The notes under the pieces were generated by a model. That model was not told the origin of the DNA. It saw only the letters and a program-made list of their open reading frames with translations, and made no database searches. The position numbers and the translations under genes are program-made. From Clostridia bacterium (GTDB lineage Bacteria; Bacillota; Clostridia; Oscillospirales; CAG-272): a stretch of DNA of 64,000 nt. Positions within the stretch are counted from its first letter, which is position 1. The number at the start of each line of letters is the position of its first letter. Below are positions 9,701 to 18,923 of the stretch, piece after piece. Location of the stretch: positions 3,768 to 67,767 of the forward strand of contig JAFYBN010000059.1 of NCBI GenBank assembly GCA_017540175.1. Reading direction: 5' to 3'.

Positions 9701-10429
9701 ATGCACCATCTCGACAGCTATAAGAAACGATTCATCATCGTCTCCGGTCCCGTATGCAGCGGCAAAACGACGCTTGCCCTGAACATCGCCGTGAACCGGA
9801 AGAAATGCTTCTATTTCGATAAGGACGACCTTGTCATCACGTCCAATTCGACGTTCGACGCCGTGAGCAAGCTCGTGCCGGAATCCGTCGAGCTGGAATA
9901 CCCCCGCGAAACGATCGAAGCCCGCGACCGTCACTCCCAGTTCTTCAAGGATTTTATCCGCAACCCGGAGTACGAATCCGCGCGCGACATTCTGATCAAG
10001 GGCATCCAGTTCAACGATTTCGTGATCGTCAACGCGCCGTACACCTCCGAGCTGAAAAAAGAGGCGAAGGGCGACTGCCCCGCGTTCGATGAGTTCCGCC
10101 GCGTCTTCGACAAGGAAGAGTGCGAGTTCATCGTCGTCTTCGTGCACATCTCGAAGGAAGAGCTGAAGGAACGCCTTCTCCGCCGCAAGAGAAAGGATCC
10201 CGTCGCCGCCGCGCGCGACACGCTGGTTTACAACGACCTCGACGGGTACGTCGAAAGAGAAAACATGGATCCGCCGGACTTCACGCTCGGCAAGAACGTG
10301 GACCGTCTCTTCATCTTCGACGCCAACACCGACGAAGAGCGCGATGCGTCCTACGCCCGCCTCATGAAAGAGCTTGAAATCGACGTGTACGAAAAGTACG
10401 ACCGGGATATCAAGGTCAACCGGATCTGA
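9701..10429 (+). CDS. P-loop NTPase / kinase-like protein of unknown function
   Basis: Walker A GPVCSGKTT near the N-terminus. 242 aa, with own promoter and terminator. AAGGAG RBS. Confidence 0.5.
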   Translation: MHHLDSYKKRFIIVSGPVCSGKTTLALNIAVNRKKCFYFDKDDLVITSNSTFDAVSKLVPESVELEYPRETIEARDRHSQFFKDFIRNPEYESARDILIKGIQFNDFVIVNAPYTSELKKEAKGDCPAFDEFRRVFDKEECEFIVVFVHISKEELKERLLRRKRKDPVAAARDTLVYNDLDGYVERENMDPPDFTLGKNVDRLFIFDANTDEERDASYARLMKELEIDVYEKYDRDIKVNRI

Positions 10430-10445
10430 GAAACAAATAAAAAAG

Positions 10446-10474
10446 AACTGCCGTACAAACGCGGCAGTTTTTTT
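10446..10474. terminator. Bidirectional rho-independent terminator between convergent genes
   Basis: Stem aactgccg/cggcagtt, flanked by an A-run upstream and a T-run downstream. Confidence 0.7.
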
Positions 10475-10543
10475 GTGCAGGAGATACGCGGCTTTTTCGG
10501 GAAAAAGCATGGCAAAAAGCTTTAATCGGGGCGCTCTGCGATC

Positions 10544-12859
10544 TCAGCGGTCGGAACGGATCAGCTTTCCGACCTCGGCCATGTCGTCCTTGCAGATTGT
10601 TCGCATGTCCGCGGCGACGGCGGCGAGCTCCCGTGCGATCTCGTCCCGCGACGACAGGATGTCCGCGGCCGCGGATCTGATCGCGGCGGAGAGGGCTCCG
10701 GGCTTTTCAAGGAGCTCGGACAGCTCGAGGGAGCGGGGCTGGCGGAGCTGCTTCATCATGGACGAGACCTTCGGATCGTAGGACAGCCCGATGACGGGCG
10801 TGCCCGCGGAGGACGCGAAGATCAGGGAGTGCAGGCGCATGCCGGTGACGAACGCCGCTTTGCCGAGCACGCCGATGAGGTCGGGCGCGCATTCGGGACG
10901 CCAGAGAACGGGGGAGACGCCGCGTTCCCGGGCGAGCCGGACGGCTTCCTCGCACGCGGCGGTGTCCTGACTGTTCTGCATGGGAATGATCACCGGGGTG
11001 AGCCCGTATGTCCGCGCCGTCTCTACGAGCGCGTCGACCGCTTCCGTGACAAGGAGGCGGTCTTTTTCGCCGAGCGCCGTTTTCCGCCCGTTTTTCGGGA
11101 GCTTCGCGAGGGGACGGAGGGAGAGGGCGAAATAGGAGCCGGGGGAGATCCCGAGACCCGCGAGCAGGGCATTCAGCCGCTCCGGCGAGGAGGGCTTGAT
11201 GAGAAAGGCGGGGTCGGCGCTGACGCGGACGCGCTCCGAATCCACCCCGAGAGAAATCAGCTCCGCCTTCGAGTCCTCGTCCCGCACGGAGACGTAATCG
11301 GAGTGCCCGACGACGGACGCCGTGACGGAACGGTTTTTCTCGTTGCGGATGGGACCGATGCCGTTTGCGAACACCGCCGTTTTCGTTTTGACGTGCTGCG
11401 CGTAGGAGATCAGCCCCGCATAATAGCGCAGGCTCCGGCGGCTCGTCGTGTCCTGCAGAAGGCTTCCCCCTCCGGAGAGGAGCAGGGAGGACCTCCGGAT
11501 CGCGCGCGGCGCTGAGAAAAGCCCGAACCGGGAAACGCAGGCAAGCCCCGTGCGCTTCGCGTCCTTTTTCGGCTTCTTCGTCAGCGCGGCGATCTTCACG
11601 CCGGGCTTGGCTTCGGCAAGCGTTTCGGAAATGATGTCGAGCAGGGATTCGTCCCCTAAATTCCCAAATCCGTAATAACCGCTGATGACCGCGTCCGGGG
11701 CGGTTTTTTTCATGTGGAAGGGAACGGGCGAGGCGAGGGTCTTCTCATACATCCCGAGATAATCCTCCGCCATGCGCCGGGCGGTGTAGCGTTCCTCGAT
11801 GAACGCCCGGTTGAAGCACCCCATTTTCTCCCGCTCTTCCCGAGTCATGGAAAGCAGGGAGGAGAGGTCGGAAAAGAGGCTCTCCTCGTCGGCGAGGGGC
11901 AGACCGCGGCAGCAGAAATTCGTATTCACCGCCAAATCGATTTTCGTTGGATCGAAGACGCCGAGATTGCCCTGACCGCCCGCGAGGATGACGGGCTTCG
12001 CCGCCGCCATCGCCTCCAGCGCGGAGCGGGAGACCCCGACGAACACGTCCGCCGCCGAGCAGTATTCGTTGGTATTGGAGACAGCGCCCGTCACGGTGAC
12101 ATAAGGCCGTCCGATCGCGCGGTTCGCGTCCTCGGCGAGCGCGCGGATCTCTTCGAACTTCGTGCCGCCGCCCACGATCAGAAGATCGGTGTCGGGGAAC
12201 GCTTCGGCGAGCTTTGGGGCGAGCCGCGCGAGCTTCACGGCGGGGTCGGCGCGGTCCTCGTCGAGACGGCTCATGGTGACGATGCGCCGGTGCGCCGGAT
12301 CGAGCCCGTGGAGCTCGAGAACGGGGGCGGGGGAGACGTCGGGCGAGAATTTCTCGCAGTCCACGCCGTTGATGGTCGTGTGGATTTTCGCGCGGGGATA
12401 GCCGTACCCACTCACGAGGTAATCCGCGATGTCATCCGAGACTGCCATGACCCGCTCGCCCCAGCGCGCGATCATACGGTACAGGGGACCGAGCGAGAAA
12501 TTAAGGTGCGCCGTCGTGACGAAGCGGAATTTCAGCCCGCCCTCCAGTGCGAGCCGATCCCAGAGCAGACCGCAGATGAACGCCGGGATGCGCGCGTGCG
12601 CGTGGACGATGTCGAATTTGCCGTTTTTGATCAGGTCTTTGAGCCCGCGGTAGGAGCGGAGAACGGACAGGGGGTGCTTCGTGTGGAGCGGGAGCGTGAC
12701 GTGCTCCACGCCCGATTTCATGACCTCGTCCGCGTAGACCCCGCCGAACGACGCGAGAACCACGTCGTTCCCCATCGCCTTCAGCTCGCGGCAGAGCTCG
12801 AGAATGTGGGTCTCCGCGCCGCCGATGTTCATGGACATTGTGATCATTAAGATTTTCAT
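10544..12859 (-). CDS. Fusion protein: N-terminal family-4-like glycosyltransferase plus C-terminal polysaccharide pyruvyl transferase (CsaB-like)
   Basis: N-terminus MKILMITMSMNIGGAETHILEL… has the GT4 pattern. C-terminal half VISGYYGFGNLGDESLLD… has the CsaB/pyruvyl-transferase pattern. Start chosen at the ATG at 12859 (AGGAAA RBS) rather than the ORF-track start at 12901. Confidence 0.75.
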   Translation of the reverse strand: MKILMITMSMNIGGAETHILELCRELKAMGNDVVLASFGGVYADEVMKSGVEHVTLPLHTKHPLSVLRSYRGLKDLIKNGKFDIVHAHARIPAFICGLLWDRLALEGGLKFRFVTTAHLNFSLGPLYRMIARWGERVMAVSDDIADYLVSGYGYPRAKIHTTINGVDCEKFSPDVSPAPVLELHGLDPAHRRIVTMSRLDEDRADPAVKLARLAPKLAEAFPDTDLLIVGGGTKFEEIRALAEDANRAIGRPYVTVTGAVSNTNEYCSAADVFVGVSRSALEAMAAAKPVILAGGQGNLGVFDPTKIDLAVNTNFCCRGLPLADEESLFSDLSSLLSMTREEREKMGCFNRAFIEERYTARRMAEDYLGMYEKTLASPVPFHMKKTAPDAVISGYYGFGNLGDESLLDIISETLAEAKPGVKIAALTKKPKKDAKRTGLACVSRFGLFSAPRAIRRSSLLLSGGGSLLQDTTSRRSLRYYAGLISYAQHVKTKTAVFANGIGPIRNEKNRSVTASVVGHSDYVSVRDEDSKAELISLGVDSERVRVSADPAFLIKPSSPERLNALLAGLGISPGSYFALSLRPLAKLPKNGRKTALGEKDRLLVTEAVDALVETARTYGLTPVIIPMQNSQDTAACEEAVRLARERGVSPVLWRPECAPDLIGVLGKAAFVTGMRLHSLIFASSAGTPVIGLSYDPKVSSMMKQLRQPRSLELSELLEKPGALSAAIRSAAADILSSRDEIARELAAVAADMRTICKDDMAEVGKLIRSDR

Positions 12860-12907
12860 GCCGTTTTCCTGCCTGTATGTTTTGAGGATATCGGAACGCA
12901 CCCGTGC

Positions 12908-15130
12908 TTACCGTTTTTTTCGGTTCTTTCCGCCGTTCGTTCCGCCGTCGGGAGTGTATTTGCCGCGCTTGTCGTCGTTTCTTCCGATCCCGGGCGCGTA
13001 CTTGCCGCGGCCCCGGTTGTTCTTTTCGTTGTCGAAGGAGTTCTTTCCGCCGTCGGAGGCGGAGCGGTTTGCGGCGTTTTTTCCCCGGCTCGGGGCGGTT
13101 TTGCCGCGCGCCGCCGCGCCGTCCCGCGGCTTTTGCTGCCTGCCGCGCCCGGATTCTGAACTCCGGTCCGCGTCCCGACGGTCGGACGCGGGCTTTTGCT
13201 GCCTGCCGCGCCCGGATTCTGAACTCCGATCCGCGTCCCGACGGTCGGACGCGGGCTTTTTCTGTCCGCGCGAATCGTTTTCCTTTGCCGACCGCACGCG
13301 CTCGGGATCGTGGATGCCGGGGGAGCCGCCGAGCAGCTCCTCGAGGTCCCGCACGCCCGCGGGGGTGCAGTACGCCATGGCTTCCCGGATCAGGCGGCGG
13401 TTTTCCGGCTTGAACCATTGGAGCAGGGCGCGCTGCAGCTGTTTCTCGCGGTAGTCCGTCACTGCGTAGACCTCCCTCGCCGTGAAGGGATCGAGCCCCG
13501 TGTAATACATGACCGTGGACGCCGTTCCGGGGGTGGGATAGAAATCCTGCACCTGCTCGGGGGAGAGCTTGCTTCTCTTGAGATAAACCGCGAGCCGCGC
13601 CGCGTCGTCCATCGTGCAGCCGGGGTGGGAGGACATGAGATAGGGAACGAGATACTGCTCCTTGCCGCATTCGGCACTGAGGGCGAAGAACTTCTCCCGG
13701 AAGCGGTCGTACACCTCCACCGGGGGCTTGCCCATGCGCGTGAGGGCATTGGGGGCGCAGTGCTCCGGCGCGACCTTGAGCTGTCCGCTGACGTGGTCGC
13801 GCACGAGCTTGCGGAAGAATTCGTCCGAGGGGTCTTCGAGCAGATAATCGAAGCGGATGCCGGAGCGGATGAAGACCTTCTTCACCCCCGGGATCGCCTC
13901 GAGCTCTTCGAGCAGGCGGACGTATTCCGAGTGATCGGCCCTCAGGTTCGGGCAGGGCTTCGGGAAGAGACAGCGCCGTCCCGGGCAGACCCCGCTCTTC
14001 AGCTGTTTTTCGCAGGCTGGGGCGCGGAAATTGGCGGTCGGACCGCCGACGTCGTGGATGTAACCCTTGAAATCCGGCAGGGAAGCGAGGAGCCGCCCCT
14101 CTTCGACGCAGGACTCAATGCTCCGCGAGCGCACGGCGCGCCCCTGATGAAAGGCAATGGCGCAGAAATTGCACCCGCCGAAGCATCCGCGGTTGTGCGT
14201 GATCGAGAAGCGGACCTCCTTGATCGCGGGAACGCCCCCGTCCTTTTCGTACATCGGATGATACGTGCGCGCGTAGGGCAGGGCATAGACCTCGTCGAGC
14301 TCTTCGCGCTCCAGCGGGGGCTGGGGCGGGTTGACCACGAGCATTTTCTCGTCGTAATACTCCACGATCGCCTTGCCGCGGATCGCGTCGTTGTTGTAAT
14401 ACTGGATGCGGAAGGCGTCGGCGTATGCCCGCTTGTCAGACTTCAGCTCCTCGTAGGTGTACCCGTTCGGCTGGCCGTCCTCGTCAAATCCCTCCGCGCA
14501 GTCGAAGGCGATTTTGTCCCCCGGCTTCGCGAGGTACGCCGTGCCGCGCACGTCCCGGATCTTTTTGACCGGCACGCCCTTCGCGAGCAGTTCGGCGAGG
14601 CGGACGACGGAGCGCTCCCCCATGCCGTACATGAGAATGTCGGCGCGGGAATCCACAAGGACGGAGCGGCGCACCGCGTCCTGCCAGTAGTCGTAATGCG
14701 CGAAGCGGCGCAGGGACGCCTCGAGCCCGCCGATAAGGATGGGGATATCCCCCCACGCCTCGCGGATGCGGTTGCAGTAGACAATGGTCGCACGGTCGGG
14801 GCGCAGTCCCGCGCGGCATCCGGGGGAGTAAAAGTCCTCGGAGCGGCGTTTTTTCGCGGCGGTGTAGTGCGCGACCATGGAATCGATGTTCCCCGCGGAA
14901 ACGAGAAAGCCGAGGCGGGGCTTGCCGAAGCGTTTGAAATCGTCCGTGGTCCGCCAGTCGGGCTGGCAGAGCATGGCGACCGTGAACCCGTGCGCCTCGA
15001 GCACGCGGGAAATGATCGCCGCGCCGAAGGAGGGGTGATCGACGTAGGCGTCGCCGTTGACATAGACGAAATCCGGCTGACCGTCGAGCTCCTCAGGGCT
15101 GACGGGGAGAAAGTGTTCGTTGATCTGCAT
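12908..15130 (-). CDS. ygiQ: YgiQ-family radical SAM protein (UPF0313) with a basic repeat-containing C-terminal tail
   Basis: N-terminus …FVYVNGDAYVDHPSFGAAIISRVLEAHGFTVAMLCQPDW, radical-SAM cluster motif CFGGCNFC. 740 aa. Confidence 0.88.
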   Translation of the reverse strand: MQINEHFLPVSPEELDGQPDFVYVNGDAYVDHPSFGAAIISRVLEAHGFTVAMLCQPDWRTTDDFKRFGKPRLGFLVSAGNIDSMVAHYTAAKKRRSEDFYSPGCRAGLRPDRATIVYCNRIREAWGDIPILIGGLEASLRRFAHYDYWQDAVRRSVLVDSRADILMYGMGERSVVRLAELLAKGVPVKKIRDVRGTAYLAKPGDKIAFDCAEGFDEDGQPNGYTYEELKSDKRAYADAFRIQYYNNDAIRGKAIVEYYDEKMLVVNPPQPPLEREELDEVYALPYARTYHPMYEKDGGVPAIKEVRFSITHNRGCFGGCNFCAIAFHQGRAVRSRSIESCVEEGRLLASLPDFKGYIHDVGGPTANFRAPACEKQLKSGVCPGRRCLFPKPCPNLRADHSEYVRLLEELEAIPGVKKVFIRSGIRFDYLLEDPSDEFFRKLVRDHVSGQLKVAPEHCAPNALTRMGKPPVEVYDRFREKFFALSAECGKEQYLVPYLMSSHPGCTMDDAARLAVYLKRSKLSPEQVQDFYPTPGTASTVMYYTGLDPFTAREVYAVTDYREKQLQRALLQWFKPENRRLIREAMAYCTPAGVRDLEELLGGSPGIHDPERVRSAKENDSRGQKKPASDRRDADRSSESGRGRQQKPASDRRDADRSSESGRGRQQKPRDGAAARGKTAPSRGKNAANRSASDGGKNSFDNEKNNRGRGKYAPGIGRNDDKRGKYTPDGGTNGGKNRKKR
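13130..13255. repeat. Two tandem copies of a 63-bp unit (one mismatch) inside the ygiQ 3' region
   Basis: 13130-13192 and 13193-13255 are identical except g/a at one position. They encode a duplicated 21-aa KPASDRRDADRSSESGRGRQQ unit on the minus strand. Confidence 0.9.
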
Positions 15131-15165
15131 GACGCGCTCCCGGGTGGTGTTTCTTCTGTTACCAT

Positions 15166-15194
15166 ATCATACCATAGAATCGGGGTTCTGTCAA
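15166..15194 (-). promoter_or_regulatory. Sigma-70-type promoter for ygiQ (and probably the downstream GT4-CsaB gene)
   Basis: On the minus strand: TTGACA (15194-15189), 17 nt spacer, TATGAT (15171-15166) with TGg extended -10. Confidence 0.6.
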
Positions 15195-15195
15195 C

Positions 15196-15233
15196 GAAAA
15201 AGAAACCCGCGCCTCCCCGAAAGAAAGCGCGGG
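15196..15233 (-). terminator. Rho-independent terminator downstream of the GNAT gene
   Basis: Stem cccgcgc/gcgcggg (15206-15233). On the minus strand it is followed by tttctttttc. Confidence 0.55.
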
Positions 15234-15245
15234 CACTATGCCGTC

Positions 15246-15818
15246 TCATTCGCACGGGCTCTCCATGCGCGAAGGATCCCGCCGGATCTCCCGGTACAGG
15301 CACCGATGGGTCTTCCCGCGGTATTCGATGTTCTCCTCCTCGCCGGTCAGCTCCATCCCGCATTTTTCCATGACGCGCCCGCTCGCGGCGTTCTCCTCGA
15401 AATATCCGGCGACTACGGCGGCGTAACCGACGCGCAGCAGTTCCCCGATGACGGCGGCGAGCGCTTCGGTCATGTATCCCCGGTTCCAGCAGTCGGGATG
15501 GAGGATATAGCCGAGCTCGATCTTTCCGTCCTTGTCCGCGACCTCGTTCAGGTATCCGATGAGCCGGTCCCGCTCGCCGTCCTTCTCCGGCTTCAGGGCG
15601 ATCCCGTAAACGAGGCGGTCCCCCTCGCCCAGCGAAAGGGCGCGGAGGCGCTCGAACAGGGGACGGGCGGCTTCCAGCTCCGGGTAGTCGGGGAGCATAT
15701 AGGTTTCGGCGCAGCGGGCGTTCGTGAGGACGCGGATCACGTCGGCGTCGTCGTCCGCGCGCATCGGGCGCAGGATGAGCCTTTCGGTTTCAAGCACGGG
15801 CTTTCTTTCCGTTTTCAT
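15246..15818 (-). CDS. GNAT-family N-acetyltransferase (RimJ/RimL-like)
   Basis: …ETERLILRPMRADD…GYILHPDCWNRGYMTEA… matches the acetyltransferase pattern. Start set at the ATG at 15818 (AAGGAGA RBS); the ATG at 15836 is an alternative. Confidence 0.8.
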   Translation of the reverse strand: MKTERKPVLETERLILRPMRADDDADVIRVLTNARCAETYMLPDYPELEAARPLFERLRALSLGEGDRLVYGIALKPEKDGERDRLIGYLNEVADKDGKIELGYILHPDCWNRGYMTEALAAVIGELLRVGYAAVVAGYFEENAASGRVMEKCGMELTGEEENIEYRGKTHRCLYREIRRDPSRMESPCE

Positions 15819-15883
15819 GTCGGTCTCCTTCGGCATGTGATTTCCTTCCCATTTTATCACATCCGCGCGGTTCTGAAAAGGGG

Positions 15884-15919
15884 GAAAAGAAAATCCGCCC
15901 GGAGAAAATCCGGGCGGAT
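15884..15919 (-). terminator. Rho-independent terminator ending the sigma/anti-sigma/lipoprotein operon
   Basis: 10-bp perfect stem atccgcccgg/ccgggcggat (15893-15919). On the minus strand it is followed by tttcttttc. Confidence 0.65.
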
Positions 15920-15999
15920 CGGCGGATGAACGGGAAGGGGCTCGCGGAAGGAGGCAGGGACCGCCGCTGCGCGCCGCGCCCGGCACGAGGTTCGGCTCC

Positions 16000-18252
16000 T
16001 CACGGCCTTGAGCAGGCAGCTTCGTCGAGAAACGCGATCAGGCGTTCCCCGTCCTCCGCTTCGTATTCGAGCAGCACGTCCGCTTTGCCGACGTTGTATG
16101 AGTTTCCGAGCAGCTTGCTCGCTGACCCGGAGCTGCCGGAGAAGCTGAAATGATAGACGTACCGGTCGGCGGAGGCGAGATCGCTCATAAGCTGGCTTTT
16201 CAGGATATACATGCCGTACCGCATGTGGTGAGCGGAATGCAGATGGTCCCCGTCCGACACATAGGAGGCGATGAATTCCCACGCCTCGTCCGGCTCCTCC
16301 GACCGGTTCATGACCGCGAAGACGTTGCGGCCGGACAGGGAGACGCCGACCGCCCCGTCCGCCGTCGGATAGCCCGCGAAGGTCCAGCCGCGGCTGCCGA
16401 AGAGGAAGGTCGGGTAGAGAATGGAATTGAAGCTTTTGATTTTCAGCGACGCCAGCGCGACGCCGCCTTCCCGGTAACTCCGGTATTTGTCAACGTCGGC
16501 GAGCCCTTCGAACGCCGAGCGCGCCCGAAGCTCCTCCTCACCCGACGGCAGCCGCATCAGAAAGCGCAGCCAGCGCAGATAGAGGGGATCGTCGAAGGAG
16601 CTCTCCCCGTTCACACGGTCGAAGAACACGTCGTAGCCCTGTTGTCCGAGCAGACGCTTCGCGGCGTTTTCGCGCGTCAGCCCTTCCATCAGGACCGCGT
16701 CCGGGGGCAGGGAATCGATGAAATCGAGGAGTTCTCCGGTCGTGCGTCCGCCTTCCGTCCGGAAGGCGGGCGAGGCGACGACGGTCGAGAGTTCAAACTC
16801 GTCCGGGATCGCCCACATGCCGCCGCTTTCCGTCGCGAAAGCATGCTGTACGCAGCCGAACACATTGTCCCTGTTCACGATGGGATCGGCGGCGAGATAC
16901 TGCCCGAGGTCGAGGGTCAGTCCCTTGTCGCGCAGATAAGAGAAGTCCGTGTTTGCATGGTTGGTCAGCACGATGTCCGGAGCGTACGCGCCGCTTTCCA
17001 GATCCCCGATCAGCCTTGACGCGCCGTCCGCATGCCTGTTTTCGCCGCTGTAATCCCGCACAGAGATCCGCACGTCCCGATGCGACGCGTTGAACGCCGT
17101 GACCGCCTCCGTGAGATATGCGGGAAGCCGGACCGTCGAGCAGAGCTCGATCACGCGGATTTGAGAGAGAGCATCGCCGCGCGCGGCTCTCCAGACGGAA
17201 AGCCCCGTCGCTTTTCCGCTCGGCCCATCCGTAGAGCCGATGAAAAGCGTGTCAGCGTCCGCCGCGCCGCACAGAACGGATGAGTCGGCGTCGCAGCCGG
17301 AGTTTTCGAAATTCATCAAGAGTTCCGCCGCCCCGCCGCGAAGGACCCAAATCCCCGCCGCGGTCCGCCAGATCAGCTCGTCTGCCGGGGTCATGAAAAA
17401 GTCGTACAGGGGGCTTTCGACAGCCGCGGCAGGGATCAGGACCGCTTCGTCCTCCAAAAGAGCAGCCCCCGCCTTGTCGATCGGGACGAGCGCGTAAGAG
17501 CCGTCCTTCTGCCGTGCCCGCGCGAGCAGGACCTTCCCCCGGCTGTCGGAAAGAAGCTCGGCGCGCACGTAGTTTTTCGGGAACGAGGTTCTGAGCGCAA
17601 GATCGGGTGAGAAGACCGCGATCTCCCGCCCGGTGAGGACGAAAACATCCCCATCCGCGTCGACGGCAAGGTCGGAGGGCGCGACCGATCCGGCGTTGTT
17701 CCGCTTCAGGAGCGCGGCGCATTCCGTGCCCCGGACGACGCTTCCGTCCGCGGGGTCGAGCGCGTTCAGCCGAAGCTCCTGCCGAGCGGCGTCAAGCCGT
17801 TCTTCTACATAATAAACCCTTTGATCCGACACCGCGAACAGCGTCACTTCGGCATCCTCTCCCACAGGCAGCTCGACGATGTGCGCCAGACCGCCGTGCT
17901 CCCCGATCTCCGCGTACGCGAAGCGTGCCGAACCGTCCCCTTCCGAGAGCATGAGAACGCATGCGAGCGTTCCCGCGTCCGCGTCAAAACGGGGTTCTCC
18001 CCGAACGGGCTCCCATCCCTCCGGGACGAGCGGCATGCCTCCCAGATAGAGGTTCGCGACGACCCTGCCCCCCCCTTGGTCGGGCAGGACCGGATCGTGC
18101 TCCGCGTCCGCGGGCAGGGGGGCAGGCGCGGGCGTCGTCTCACCGGCCGGGGGCGCGGGTGTTTTGCCGCACACGGAAAAGAGGAGCAGGACGGCGAGGG
18201 TGAGGGCGCAGACTCCCAAAATGCCGGGGCGGCGTTTTTTCCCGTTTCTCAT
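16000..18252 (-). CDS. Large exported lipoprotein: N-terminal beta-rich region plus C-terminal extracellular solute-binding-protein-like domain
   Basis: Signal/lipobox-like LLLFSVCGK, and a C-terminal half resembling family-1 SBPs. Start set at the ATG at 18252, which overlaps the anti-sigma stop (ATGA). Confidence 0.65.
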   Translation of the reverse strand: MRNGKKRRPGILGVCALTLAVLLLFSVCGKTPAPPAGETTPAPAPLPADAEHDPVLPDQGGGRVVANLYLGGMPLVPEGWEPVRGEPRFDADAGTLACVLMLSEGDGSARFAYAEIGEHGGLAHIVELPVGEDAEVTLFAVSDQRVYYVEERLDAARQELRLNALDPADGSVVRGTECAALLKRNNAGSVAPSDLAVDADGDVFVLTGREIAVFSPDLALRTSFPKNYVRAELLSDSRGKVLLARARQKDGSYALVPIDKAGAALLEDEAVLIPAAAVESPLYDFFMTPADELIWRTAAGIWVLRGGAAELLMNFENSGCDADSSVLCGAADADTLFIGSTDGPSGKATGLSVWRAARGDALSQIRVIELCSTVRLPAYLTEAVTAFNASHRDVRISVRDYSGENRHADGASRLIGDLESGAYAPDIVLTNHANTDFSYLRDKGLTLDLGQYLAADPIVNRDNVFGCVQHAFATESGGMWAIPDEFELSTVVASPAFRTEGGRTTGELLDFIDSLPPDAVLMEGLTRENAAKRLLGQQGYDVFFDRVNGESSFDDPLYLRWLRFLMRLPSGEEELRARSAFEGLADVDKYRSYREGGVALASLKIKSFNSILYPTFLFGSRGWTFAGYPTADGAVGVSLSGRNVFAVMNRSEEPDEAWEFIASYVSDGDHLHSAHHMRYGMYILKSQLMSDLASADRYVYHFSFSGSSGSASKLLGNSYNVGKADVLLEYEAEDGERLIAFLDEAACSRP

Positions 18253-18923
18253 TTGACCGTCAGGCTCTGCGCGATGAAGCGCAGGATTTGCGCGTCCGTT
18301 TCGATACCGGTGAGCTGAAAGCGGTAGTCGTCCGTCCACGTCAGGATCAGGGTGCCGTCCGGGCAGACAGCGAGCCGCGCGGGGATGCTGCCGAGCGAAA
18401 TCTCCTCGACGGAGGCTCCGTCAAACTCCCCGCCGTCTTTCGCTTCACCGCTTTTTCCGACGACGCTCTGGAGCACGAAGACCGTTCCGCTCTCATCCGT
18501 CAGACTGTAATGCGCCGCACTTTCACCGATGTCCGCGCCGACGAGCCGCCAGTCCGTCGGAAAGACCGCGGGGTAGCGGACCGCTTCGATTTTTTCGGGC
18601 AGGACGCGTTCGGGGGTGTCCCGGAGGTTCAAGGCTCCCGCGAGGGTTTCCCAGTAAGCGGCGCGCACCGGCTGTACCGCCATCGAAAGCGCGAAGAACA
18701 GGGAAACGAACGCGGCGAGCGCGACTCCCGCCCGTCTCAGCCCTGTGCCGAAGGTGTTTTTCCGGCGGGATGCGAGGGCGCGCCGGATGCTCTGTTCCGT
18801 CAGCGGGGAGAGCTCGATTTCGGAGACGTCAAGCGAGAGCATGTCCTTGGTCTGTTTTTCCGCCCAGCGCGCCGCGCCGTCCTGCGCGAGACGCGCGAGC
18901 CGGTCAGTCTTCCGTTTGCGCAT
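18249..18923 (-). CDS. Single-pass membrane anti-sigma-factor-like protein (DUF4367-like C-terminal domain)
   Basis: One TM helix (VALAAFVSLFFALSMAV). The extracytoplasmic domain has a …ISLGSIPARLAVCPDGTLILTWTDDYRFQLTG pattern. Overlaps the sigma gene by 20 nt. Confidence 0.6.
   Translation of the reverse strand: MRKRKTDRLARLAQDGAARWAEKQTKDMLSLDVSEIELSPLTEQSIRRALASRRKNTFGTGLRRAGVALAAFVSLFFALSMAVQPVRAAYWETLAGALNLRDTPERVLPEKIEAVRYPAVFPTDWRLVGADIGESAAHYSLTDESGTVFVLQSVVGKSGEAKDGGEFDGASVEEISLGSIPARLAVCPDGTLILTWTDDYRFQLTGIETDAQILRFIAQSLTVK

Noticed and set aside
9701-10429. P-loop protein as a zeta-type toxin, and the 57985-59391 HTH protein as an antitoxin
   Set aside because: Neither has an adjacent small partner gene in the usual TA arrangement. 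The HTH protein is 468 aa with a large structural domain. The evidence does not support a TA call.
13310-15373. 687-aa plus-strand ORF opposite ygiQ, and the similar antisense or alternate-frame ORFs 7210-8550(-), 19552-20856(-), 20860-22263(+), 22441-23826(-), 25116-26600(+), 40252-41514(+), 43417-44781(+), 52090-53508(+)
   Set aside because: Each overlaps a gene with clear family motifs on the other strand or frame. None has an RBS or recognisable motifs. This pattern is typical of high-GC six-frame noise.
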